44,614 nt of DNA from an uncultured Gammaproteobacteria bacterium (GCA_964603435.1 CAZRUM010000003.1:1-44614), one strand, 5' to 3'; positions 36,176-44,141 are shown, counted from the stretch's first letter. Notes: generated by a model not told the origin, from the letters alone. Numbers and translations: made by a program.

Positions 36176-36562
36176 ATGAAGGACATCATGGACATTACTT
36201 TCCGTGACGGTTTAAACAGCCGCACTACCGACGACTTCGTGACCAGAGCGGTTGGTCTCCTTCGGTCCAACCTTCGTAAAATCAAACTGTTGACAGCTCA
36301 GCTATGTGGTTCCGAGAGCCTACGACTGAGTCCGGAAAATGAGGTCCGTGCACATGTGAAAAGACTGCGCAAGGTGGTCGCGCGTAGTGGGTTCTCCACT
36401 TTCCGTGGACAGCTCGAGATGATCGAGCGTGACCTCTGCGACACTGACGGCTACTCCGTAGCCGCTGTAAAGCGCGACGAACTCTCGCCGCACTTCATCA
36501 CATGCTGTGAAGAAATGATCAAATTCGCCGAACACGTCGAAAAGACCTTCGGCAAACTTTAA
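36176..36562 (+). CDS. hypothetical helical protein (124-128 aa) in a G+C-rich island
   Basis: ORF in the track; alternative ATG at 36188 preceded by GAAGGA. No family recognised. Confidence 0.45.
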   Translation: MKDIMDITFRDGLNSRTTDDFVTRAVGLLRSNLRKIKLLTAQLCGSESLRLSPENEVRAHVKRLRKVVARSGFSTFRGQLEMIERDLCDTDGYSVAAVKRDELSPHFITCCEEMIKFAEHVEKTFGKL

Positions 36563-36616
36563 CCAGGGCTAACTGGAGCTAAAGGGAAATCTCGCCCCTC
36601 CCTGCTCCAAACTATT

Positions 36617-36648
36617 AAAAAAATCACGAACAAATTCGTGATTTTTTA
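36617..36648. terminator. bidirectional intrinsic terminator
   Basis: AAAAAA ATCACGAA CAAA TTCGTGAT TTTTT, between convergent genes. Confidence 0.7.
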
Positions 36649-36666
36649 TTTAATTTATATTCTATT

Positions 36667-37767
36667 TTAATAACTAACACTCCCCCGCCCATTTACAACT
36701 TCAACCCAAATCTTCCCAGGTTTTAATTTTATTTCTTCGCCGGTAATATCGTAAAATCTTGTTCGGCTGGTTTTATTTTCCTTGACCCATCTTCCGAGTA
36801 TATCAATACCATTATAAAATACCACAGCTTCACCGCTACCAACCGTCTCCATACCAAGTCGACCAATCTCGTCCAATACTTCTGTCTCCACATACTGCAC
36901 AACAATAGTATCTGCTTCTATTAGAGTTCCATCTTTGTCTGTATGAGGATAGCCCATTTGATAACGCGCAAATCTAGCTGTGCTAGTATTATATTTCCAG
37001 ACAGCTTCGTAAACTGGTGGTAGAAAAGAAACGATTATCTCCGTCACTTGTGGTTGAGTGGTTAGGTGGTTAGGTGATGAAGTGTTAAATAGCCAACCCT
37101 GATACTCATCTACTTCATAGAGCTCATCATAGCTCTCCAAAGCTTTTTTCCACATTTTTGAAGAGGTATAGACATTATGCGGAGCACTCCTGTCCTCACT
37201 CCGCCAAAAATACCAACCACGATAAAATTCATTTAGATTAAATATTTTATTTTCTTCAATTAAGTTTAAGGCATCGGGAGATCCACCCACATGCATATAC
37301 ATGGCGTCACCATATTCCTGTAGCCAATCTAAAAAGTATGGCCTAGCACTACGCACCGGACCGATTTTTAATGCTTCAACAGTCTCTGGATAGACCAACA
37401 TAAAGCGCGTATAATTTGCCTCTACCGGTGCTTCGTAAACTACACTAGCACTGGCTATCCCAGACTGTGGTCTAGCGCTATAGTGATTTTCTACCATTAC
37501 AGTCACCAATTTTGGATTGACTTCATTTTTTGTTTTTACGCAGACACCGTCAAGTACACGACGAAAATTACAATCTTTTACAATGTCATCTTGTAAGGAC
37601 AGGTCGCGACCTGTCCCTCCACTACCACTAAATTTCGCTCCAAAATAATTCCAGCTAAAAAATACCAACAAGACTAACCCAAATAAAAATACAATCCCAG
37701 CCAAAACATAAACAAATCCAGGCTCACCAGGTCTGATTTTTTTTAATTTTGATAAATTTATTTTCAT
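36667..37767 (-). CDS. DUF3048 domain protein, membrane anchored
   Basis: N-terminal TM, then MVENHYSARPQSGIASASVVYEAPVEANYTRFMLVY, recalled as the DUF3048 signature. Confidence 0.8.
   Translation of the reverse strand: MKINLSKLKKIRPGEPGFVYVLAGIVFLFGLVLLVFFSWNYFGAKFSGSGGTGRDLSLQDDIVKDCNFRRVLDGVCVKTKNEVNPKLVTVMVENHYSARPQSGIASASVVYEAPVEANYTRFMLVYPETVEALKIGPVRSARPYFLDWLQEYGDAMYMHVGGSPDALNLIEENKIFNLNEFYRGWYFWRSEDRSAPHNVYTSSKMWKKALESYDELYEVDEYQGWLFNTSSPNHLTTQPQVTEIIVSFLPPVYEAVWKYNTSTARFARYQMGYPHTDKDGTLIEADTIVVQYVETEVLDEIGRLGMETVGSGEAVVFYNGIDILGRWVKENKTSRTRFYDITGEEIKLKPGKIWVEVVNGRGSVSY
37048..37087. repeat. AGGTGGTY octamer array inside the DUF3048 gene
   Basis: TTGTGGTT GAGTGGTT AGGTGGTT AGGTGATG AAGTGTTA. 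Encodes SSPNHLTTQPQ. Confidence 0.7.
37597..37616. repeat. 20-nt perfect GC-rich palindrome in frame
   Basis: GGACAGGTCGCGACCTGTCC encodes GTGRDLS in the post-TM linker. Confidence 0.7.
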
Positions 37768-37815
37768 GTGCCCTATTATGCCTCAAAATAAAGAAGAAAT
37801 CAAGTTAATATACAT

Positions 37816-37844
37816 TTGACATACCAACCTAATTTTATTATACT
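37816..37844 (+). promoter_or_regulatory. promoter of the 37876 gene pair
   Basis: TTGACA, 17 nt, TATACT. Confidence 0.5.
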
Positions 37845-37875
37845 AAAATAACTAATTAATCTTAATAATTAACCT

Positions 37876-38316
37876 ATGACCAAAGAAGATATTGAAAAAA
37901 CAAAAGAAGTTGAACCACCAAAACCAACTAAGGAAACTCCTGTAGCAAACCCAGCCGAAGCAGCTGCTGTTGACGAGGCAATAGCAGAGACAATGGAAGA
38001 AAGAGATCCTGACAAGTTAGAATTTTCTGACAAAGAATCTTTCATACAATGGATTGAAGAAAATTCCACCGAACTTCCTGATAAATATGATGGAGACTCT
38101 TTAACTACAATAAATAAAGGCCTTGATAGAAACAATGAGCCTGTTGGTTTTGCTGGTTTTGTTGGTTTTGAAAAAGATGGAAAAAGAAGCCAGTGCTATT
38201 TTAAAAACATAAAAATAAAAGGAATAAGTGGGGGTAATAATCTATCTAGGTACGGTTTAATAAAAGCCATGATAGAACTTGGATATGATTGCGGAACTAA
38301 TAGTCGCATGGTATAG
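37876..38316 (+). CDS. hypothetical protein (146 aa), acidic N-terminus
   Basis: ORF with a promoter upstream. No family recognised. Confidence 0.55.
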   Translation: MTKEDIEKTKEVEPPKPTKETPVANPAEAAAVDEAIAETMEERDPDKLEFSDKESFIQWIEENSTELPDKYDGDSLTTINKGLDRNNEPVGFAGFVGFEKDGKRSQCYFKNIKIKGISGGNNLSRYGLIKAMIELGYDCGTNSRMV

Positions 38317-38344
38317 ACAACTCACAAATAAAATAAAAAAACAA

Positions 38345-39193
38345 ATGTTACCCCTTAAAAAGTTTATCTTTTTAGTTAAAAAATTAGAAAAACGACCTTT
38401 TGAATTTCAAACCATCTCAACCAAACAAGAAATTCTTACGAAAGGAAAACTCGCAAGCGAACAACTAAAAAAACCCTTTGAAAAACGACATCTCACAAAA
38501 AGTCACGTCTATAAAATACTTACTAATATAGAATCGTGCTTTTCCTATACATCATTTGATGAGGTTTTTTTTATACAAAATCTAAATAATCTATTAGATA
38601 GCTATAAACTTTCTTCTACCTACAAAGAACACAAAGAATTTCTAGATGAACTGGGTAATCAAATTAATATTACAAAGAAGAAAATACTTGTATATCATAT
38701 TGGTTTAGAATCCCTAGATGAAAGATCTCAAAAGATGACACCAGAAGAAAAAGAAAAAAGCGATACGGAAACAATTCAAAAAATCGGTATATTTTATATT
38801 CTAGAATACACTATTTATATTCTTTCAATACTCAATACTCTCACAGAGGACCAAAGAAAGAAATTGTTTTACGAAGGACTAGAAACAAAGGAAGCAAATT
38901 TACCACCTTATACTGATTTCCGAGAAAGTTTTCGTAAGGATTTGTGTCTAAAAATATTTAACGCAGAATTAAGAAATAGCTTATTTGAAATATTCTTCAC
39001 CTTTGAATCTATCTTTGACAAGGGTGAACTGCAAAATATTTACAAAGGATTCAAAACATTCAATCTAGAACTTCTAAAATTATTTCACAAAGAAGGTGTC
39101 GAGATATTCAATACTATCATACTCTCCCCTTTCGGTGAAAAAATACCTATGGGTGAATTGATAGAAAAAATAAATGCTCTTGAAATAAAATAA
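38345..39193 (+). CDS. hypothetical protein (282 aa)
   Basis: ATG at 38345 preferred; the track start at 38279 overlaps the previous gene. No family recognised. Confidence 0.55.
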   Translation: MLPLKKFIFLVKKLEKRPFEFQTISTKQEILTKGKLASEQLKKPFEKRHLTKSHVYKILTNIESCFSYTSFDEVFFIQNLNNLLDSYKLSSTYKEHKEFLDELGNQINITKKKILVYHIGLESLDERSQKMTPEEKEKSDTETIQKIGIFYILEYTIYILSILNTLTEDQRKKLFYEGLETKEANLPPYTDFRESFRKDLCLKIFNAELRNSLFEIFFTFESIFDKGELQNIYKGFKTFNLELLKLFHKEGVEIFNTIILSPFGEKIPMGELIEKINALEIK

Positions 39194-39208
39194 TTTATCA
39201 CAAACATC

Positions 39209-39235
39209 AAAAAACCACCCTTCCGGGTGGTTTTT
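39209..39235. terminator. bidirectional intrinsic terminator
   Basis: AAAAAACCACCC TTCC GGGTGGTTTTT, between convergent genes. Confidence 0.7.
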
Positions 39236-39257
39236 ATAATTTGTATTATCTACAATC

Positions 39258-39956
39258 TTATTCTTTCTTATCACCTTCTGCTTTATCTCCCTCTTTCTTT
39301 TCTTCTCCACCTTCTTCTGTAGCAGAACCATCTTTCTTGTCACCTTCTACTTCTACATCAGCAATACTAGGAGCTTCAGCTTCATCCATAGCTTTCAACT
39401 CATCTTCACTAAGAGGAGCAGAAACTTTGGCAATTGTGCCGTCTGGATCATCTGTTATGACAACACCAGTTGGTGCTGGTAAATCTTTTACACTAATAAC
39501 ATCATCAAAAGTAGCTAGAGTAGATAAGTCTACATCAATATGTGAAACCAAATCTTTTGGTAAACATTTTACATTTACAGTATCGTGAGTTTTTACCAAT
39601 GTACCACCCTGTTCTTTAACAGCCATAGAATCACCGACAAAATTAAGCTCAACAGTAGCACTCATCTCTACACCCATCTTGATTTGACGTAAATCAACGT
39701 GAGTAATAGTACGTTTGACTGGATCAATTTGCATGTCTTGGATAAGAACCTTAGTTGGTTCTTTGTCTCCCTCAACTGTAAAATCAATCAAGGTAGCTTC
39801 ACCAGCCTCTTTATATAATTTTTCAAAAACATTATATTCCAAAGAAATAGAAACAGGTTCAATCTCTGGTCCATACAAAACACCAGGAATCAATCCTTCA
39901 GCACGAAGTTCTTCGGCTTGTCCTTCGCGTTTTTTAGCAGTTAGACTAATTGTCAT
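39258..39956 (-). CDS. rplY: 50S ribosomal protein L25 / Ctc form, acidic-Lys tail
   Basis: LRAEGLIPGVLYG...THVDLRQI. Confidence 0.9.
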   Translation of the reverse strand: MTISLTAKKREGQAEELRAEGLIPGVLYGPEIEPVSISLEYNVFEKLYKEAGEATLIDFTVEGDKEPTKVLIQDMQIDPVKRTITHVDLRQIKMGVEMSATVELNFVGDSMAVKEQGGTLVKTHDTVNVKCLPKDLVSHIDVDLSTLATFDDVISVKDLPAPTGVVITDDPDGTIAKVSAPLSEDELKAMDEAEAPSIADVEVEGDKKDGSATEEGGEEKKEGDKAEGDKKE

Positions 39957-39959
39957 AAA

Positions 39960-40295
39960 TTAATATTTAAAATTAAATTTGTTATTTTTTAATAAAGTGT
40001 GAAAACCTAGAAGTTCATCCTCATCAATAGACTGTCTATTGCGAAGCCTTTTGGCATCTTTTTCATCTAGATCTGTTAGCATTCCAACAGAGCTCATACC
40101 AAGATTACTGACTACAATTACGGCTAAAACAGAATTGGAACAGTGTGGGCAAGTAATGTGAACTAGATTTGCTTCACCTCGTTCCTCTACTATTTTGGCC
40201 TGTTTAGCAGAATATTTACCCTGACACACAGGGCATTCCTTCATTATTTTTATCTGCTCTTGAATAGGGTCTGATTGTGAGTCTCCTTTTTTCAT
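39960..40295 (-). CDS. zinc-ribbon protein (CPVC...CPHC)
   Basis: ATG at 40295 (MKKGDSQ) preferred. Two CxxC pairs. Confidence 0.5.
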   Translation of the reverse strand: MKKGDSQSDPIQEQIKIMKECPVCQGKYSAKQAKIVEERGEANLVHITCPHCSNSVLAVIVVSNLGMSSVGMLTDLDEKDAKRLRNRQSIDEDELLGFHTLLKNNKFNFKY

Positions 40296-40381
40296 AAACT
40301 TAGTGGACCACACACAAACGCAAAGCCTGGGTGCGATGGACAATAATATAACACAATTAATATTAGATGTCAAGGCAGGCT

Positions 40382-40413
40382 TACACCTAACTACTCAACC
40401 ACCTGACCACTAA
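40382..40413. repeat. octamer array, inverted orientation, downstream of four-helix-bundle gene 4
   Basis: Minus strand reads TAGTGGTC AGGTGGTT GAGTAGTT AGGTGTA. Confidence 0.75.
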
Positions 40414-40415
40414 TA

Positions 40416-40799
40416 TTAAACATTACCAATTGATTGTTCTGTTGATTTAATTTCTGACCAAAGCATTTTACCTATTTCATCTGCAATTTCAATAATTCTA
40501 TCATATTTTTCTCTTTCTAACCAGCCCTCTTTTATAGCAAAATTACATAAATATCTAGACTCTGCTAGTGAACCGTAAGAAATCTCATAAAAATTCAATT
40601 GCACTTTTTTCCTCTTACGAGAATACCCTTCTATATAATTCAATATAACTGACAGAGTCGCTCTTTTAAGTTGAGATGTGGTGGAATATAGTTCTTCTTT
40701 TGGAAATTCCTTAGCTAACTTATAAATAAAATGCACGTAATCATCCATTAAAAATTTTAACTTATTTTGAAAAGGTGACATTGTATTTTCCAAAGTCAT
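40416..40799 (-). CDS. four-helix-bundle protein (23S rRNA IVS protein family)
   Basis: LKRATLSVILNYIEGYSRK motif; 127 aa. Confidence 0.8.
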   Translation of the reverse strand: MTLENTMSPFQNKLKFLMDDYVHFIYKLAKEFPKEELYSTTSQLKRATLSVILNYIEGYSRKRKKVQLNFYEISYGSLAESRYLCNFAIKEGWLEREKYDRIIEIADEIGKMLWSEIKSTEQSIGNV

Positions 40800-40800
40800 A

Positions 40801-40856
40801 AAGTAATCAGGTGATTAGGTGGTAAGGTGGTAAAGTGGTTGAGTAGTTAAGTGCTC
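40801..40856. repeat. AGGTGGTY octamer array, seven units, filling the rodA to four-helix-bundle spacer
   Basis: AAGTAATC AGGTGATT AGGTGGTA AGGTGGTA AAGTGGTT GAGTAGTT AAGTGCTC. Overlaps the rodA stop. Confidence 0.8.
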
Positions 40857-41938
40857 CTAGAAACTGACAGAGCTATTCCTACAAGAAGTAAATTTATAAG
40901 CATAGATGAGCCCCCGTAGCTCACAAATGGCAAGGTGACACCCGTGACTGGTAAAAACCCCGTCGCCCCTCCTATATTGACGAGCATTTGCACCAAAAAT
41001 AAAAATAGAATACCTAAAACTAAATAAGTAGAAAATTCATCACGACTACGCCCAGCAATTTTTAAAAGACGCCATAAAATAATAAAATACAAAACTAAAA
41101 CCAAACTTGCCCCCAAGAAGCCTAATTCCTCAGCAATAACAGAAAAAATAAAATCAGTCTGAGCTTCTGGTAAAAAATGTAATTGACTCTGTGAACCAAA
41201 ACCAAGTCCCCTGCCCCAAAAATTTCCAGAACCAATAGCAATAACCGATTGTGTCACATTATAGCCAGCCCCCAATGGATCACGTGCCGGATCAATAAAG
41301 GTAAGGATTCTTTCTTTTTGATAATCTTTGAAAAGAAGACCCCAAGCAGATACAAAAACTACAATGCCTATTAAAATCAAACCAATAATATATCTTTTTT
41401 TCTTGACAGTCATAAATAAAAGACCGAACCAAGTACCAAGTAAAACCAAAGCTGAACCCAAATCTGGTTGGAGCATGATAAGACCAGCCAATAAAAAAGT
41501 AATAATACCTGAACTAATTATAAATTGTGATTTTTCAAAACGACGACCATGTTGAGAAATCCACCAAGCCAAAAATAAAACCAAAGCAACTTTGGCAAAC
41601 TCTGCTGGCTGAAAAGAAAAACCAAAAACTCTAAACCAACCAGTGGTTCCACGAACATTAACACCAAAAAATAAAACCAACACTAACAAAAGTAAAGAAA
41701 AAATATAAACAAGCTTTACACTACCACGATAAAAAGACACGTGCATAAAAGCTGCCAAAATTAACAAACCCAACCCCAGACCCAAAGCTAAAACTTGAGT
41801 AGGAAAATAGATCAATTCTTCGCCATGTGACAAATCCACACTATATATAGCTGACAGTCCCACAGCAATCAAAACCAAAACAGCCACCAAAAGTAGCCAG
41901 TCAAATTTTCGCAGAAAGATTGATTTGAGATTAATCAT
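40847..41938 (-). CDS. rodA: SEDS family peptidoglycan polymerase (RodA/FtsW)
   Basis: LQPDLGSALVL and PEAQTDFIFSVIAEELGF motifs; 10 TM segments. Confidence 0.88.
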   Translation of the reverse strand: MINLKSIFLRKFDWLLLVAVLVLIAVGLSAIYSVDLSHGEELIYFPTQVLALGLGLGLLILAAFMHVSFYRGSVKLVYIFSLLLLVLVLFFGVNVRGTTGWFRVFGFSFQPAEFAKVALVLFLAWWISQHGRRFEKSQFIISSGIITFLLAGLIMLQPDLGSALVLLGTWFGLLFMTVKKKRYIIGLILIGIVVFVSAWGLLFKDYQKERILTFIDPARDPLGAGYNVTQSVIAIGSGNFWGRGLGFGSQSQLHFLPEAQTDFIFSVIAEELGFLGASLVLVLYFIILWRLLKIAGRSRDEFSTYLVLGILFLFLVQMLVNIGGATGFLPVTGVTLPFVSYGGSSMLINLLLVGIALSVSRST

Positions 41939-42047
41939 ACCATTAGTTTATCACGTAAAAATTAACTCAACAACCTTGCACAAATAGTCTAGAGGATCCG
42001 AGATAATACTGTTTGACCCCGACGTATAATAAAATATTATTTTATCA

Positions 42048-42170
42048 GCGAGCAACCCCTCCACCCTTCGGGCACCTCCCCTTAGAATGGGGAGGAAACA
42101 TATTAAACGAATTCCCTTCCCTTTTAGGGCACACTATCCTTTAGGGTTAAGGGAAGGGCTAGGGATGGGT
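42048..42170. repeat. modular GC-rich intergenic repeat, copy 2
   Basis: Blocks A, C and B are shared with 22167-22239 but in a different order. CCTCCCC/GGGGAGG and CCCTTCCC/GGGAAGGG hairpins. Confidence 0.8.
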
Positions 42171-42180
42171 TGCGTATATC

Positions 42181-42199
42181 AAAAAACCACCAAAGGTGG
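42181..42199 (-). terminator. intrinsic terminator after the 42255 gene
   Basis: Minus strand CCACC TTT GGTGG followed by TTTTTTG. Confidence 0.5.
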
Positions 42200-42254
42200 A
42201 AATAAATAACCAAGTACTAACTATATTAATATCACACAAACAAAATAAGACCCC

Positions 42255-43142
42255 TTATCTAAAATACGCATCTCTATCAAACACATTCAAAACTGGATAG
42301 ACTCTAACATCGGTTACACGTAAATTTGAAAGCATTGATCTGACATCTATATAGCGCGTTTCACCACCTAGAAATTGTTCCTCTACTACATAAAGATAAC
42401 CTGCTGTACCACCGTCAACCAATTCAATTATAAATTCTGGTTCCCAAAAATTATAAACACTGTCATTGATCACATCAAATTCTACAATATTACTTGGAAT
42501 ATTGGCTGCTCGACTAGATCGAGTGTATTTAAAATTTTCAATGATAAATCTTTTTCTACTCTCCATAAATTCTGCCACATCTTTTATGTCATGCGTATCT
42601 ACTTTTTGCCAATCCACTTCAAAAACCAATTCTACTTTTCCAGGAAAACGTTCCGCTTCCTGCCCAAAGAAAACCAAAGGCATAGTCTCACCCGGCAAAA
42701 CCACCACTTGCCTAGTCTCTGTTTCACCTTCACTATGTTTGTATCTAAAATCAACTTTAGCTACCCAACGCTCATTTGAATTTATAACCAAAGTAGCAAA
42801 ATCATATTTGCCAGTCGCACTTTCAAATATTTCTACATTATCAACACGCAAATTTTGCGGGCCATAAACATAATTCAAACTTTCATAATCAACAAATTCA
42901 CTTGGTTGATTATTATAAATAATTTGATCCTGCGGATAACCCACTACCAAATAAAAAATAAAATAACCAAAACCATAAGAAACACTAGCAATACACCACA
43001 TAACCAAAACAGTCATGCCTATTTTTCTAAGCCTAGCTTTGTGACGCAAATACCATTCCCCCAGCTTCAAACTACGATTACTAAATTCACCAGTAGGATC
43101 CCGGTATTGCTCAAATTTATTTTCTTTTTTCTTTCCAAACAT
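42255..43142 (-). CDS. hypothetical membrane-anchored protein
   Basis: ATG at 43142 (MFGKKKENKF) preferred over the TTG at 43163. One TM, then a beta-rich ectodomain. Confidence 0.6.
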   Translation of the reverse strand: MFGKKKENKFEQYRDPTGEFSNRSLKLGEWYLRHKARLRKIGMTVLVMWCIASVSYGFGYFIFYLVVGYPQDQIIYNNQPSEFVDYESLNYVYGPQNLRVDNVEIFESATGKYDFATLVINSNERWVAKVDFRYKHSEGETETRQVVVLPGETMPLVFFGQEAERFPGKVELVFEVDWQKVDTHDIKDVAEFMESRKRFIIENFKYTRSSRAANIPSNIVEFDVINDSVYNFWEPEFIIELVDGGTAGYLYVVEEQFLGGETRYIDVRSMLSNLRVTDVRVYPVLNVFDRDAYFR

Positions 43143-43304
43143 AATACCAACATTATACCACAAATAAAAAAACCATTCTATAATTAAAATGATTTTTTAA
43201 CCCAAATATATTTTTACAAACAAACTTGGGAGAAGTGCGGACAACGAGGTCCGCGGGTTGAAAGATCGGAAGGAACGAAAGGAACGGGAGAGGATGAACG
43301 AACT

Positions 43305-43493
43305 CTAGTGTCCAGAGCCATAGATCTTGGCACGAAGCCCTGCCTGTGAAAGCTCCGGACCAGGGGCGTAGGCGACACCAAGCTCTTCGGCGGTTTTGTC
43401 GGTGAAAGAACGAGGGCCCTGCTGACTCCTCTTCATCTTCCATTGGCTGGCAGGCCGTCGTGGTTTACGGCGAGAAAATCCCGATACCCTCAT
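43305..43493 (-). CDS. small basic protein (62 aa), third gene of the G+C-rich operon
   Basis: AAGGAGG SD, 5 nt, then ATG. MRVSGFSRRKPRRPASQWKMKRSQQ... Confidence 0.5.
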   Translation of the reverse strand: MRVSGFSRRKPRRPASQWKMKRSQQGPRSFTDKTAEELGVAYAPGPELSQAGLRAKIYGSGH

Positions 43494-43513
43494 GTGTCCT
43501 CCTTTTCCCGAGT

Positions 43514-43747
43514 CTACTGACTCTTGTTGCTCAGACCAGCCTGGCGCACCTGCTCGAGCAATTCGCGCTGTTCTTTATCAGTCGGACACTCACAGCCGAG
43601 AAAACCGACGCCGTAGTCGACATCTCCGAGGTGTTCGGTCTCGACTGGTCCGCGATCACGGAGCCTTTCCTGAACTTCCCGCCTCACATCCTATGGCGAA
43701 GGTGATGGCAAGGGAGCCAGAAGCCAATCACTTGCTCGAGTAAGCAT
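43514..43747 (-). pseudogene. paralogue of the 43770-43967 gene, interrupted by an in-frame TAG at 43691-43693
   Basis: AAGGAGGTGTGA SD plus ATG. MLTRASDWLLAPLPSPSP, stop, then DVRREVQERLRDRGPVETEHLGDVDYGVGFLGCECPTDKEQ... aligns with its neighbour. Confidence 0.5.
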
Positions 43748-43769
43748 TTTATCACACCTCCTTAACGCA

Positions 43770-43967
43770 TCAGCCCAGGAACTGAGTCCATCTGCGAGCT
43801 CTCTCTTCGGCATCAGGATCCTCACAGCGAAGGAAGCTGCCGTCGTCACCATCGAGATCACTGAAATGCACGGTCTCGACAGGACCTTGGTCTAAGATCA
43901 TAGCTTGCCACTCTTTCACTGGAGTGGGAGGAATTTCGAATCCATCCAAAACCCAAGGATTACCCAT
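43770..43967 (-). CDS. small acidic protein (65 aa), first gene of the G+C-rich operon
   Basis: GGAGGTGTGA SD, 4 nt, then ATG at 43967. MGNPWVLDGFEIPPTPVKEWQAMILDQGPVETVHFSDLDGDDGSFLRCEDPDAEE... Confidence 0.55.
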   Translation of the reverse strand: MGNPWVLDGFEIPPTPVKEWQAMILDQGPVETVHFSDLDGDDGSFLRCEDPDAEERARRWTQFLG

Positions 43968-44006
43968 TTTCTCACACCTCCGTGTGGCCGTTGACGTTGT
44001 ATACCT

Positions 44007-44035
44007 AGTATAGATAATTACCCAAAAAAAGGCAA
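44007..44035 (-). promoter_or_regulatory. promoter of the three-gene G+C-rich operon
   Basis: Minus strand TTGCCT, 17 nt, TATACT. Confidence 0.5.
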
Positions 44036-44141
44036 TTGAAACCCCTTGCCCTCCACACCCAAACATGCTATAATATCGTCGTAATTTTAATAAAAACTGC
44101 CGACTCCGTAAGACTCGTCGGCTTTATAAGCCTTTATATTT

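Noticed and set aside
40801-40856. CRISPR array (also considered for 33113-33244).
   Set aside because: The units are 7-8 nt and contiguous, with no spacers. No cas genes are present in the window.
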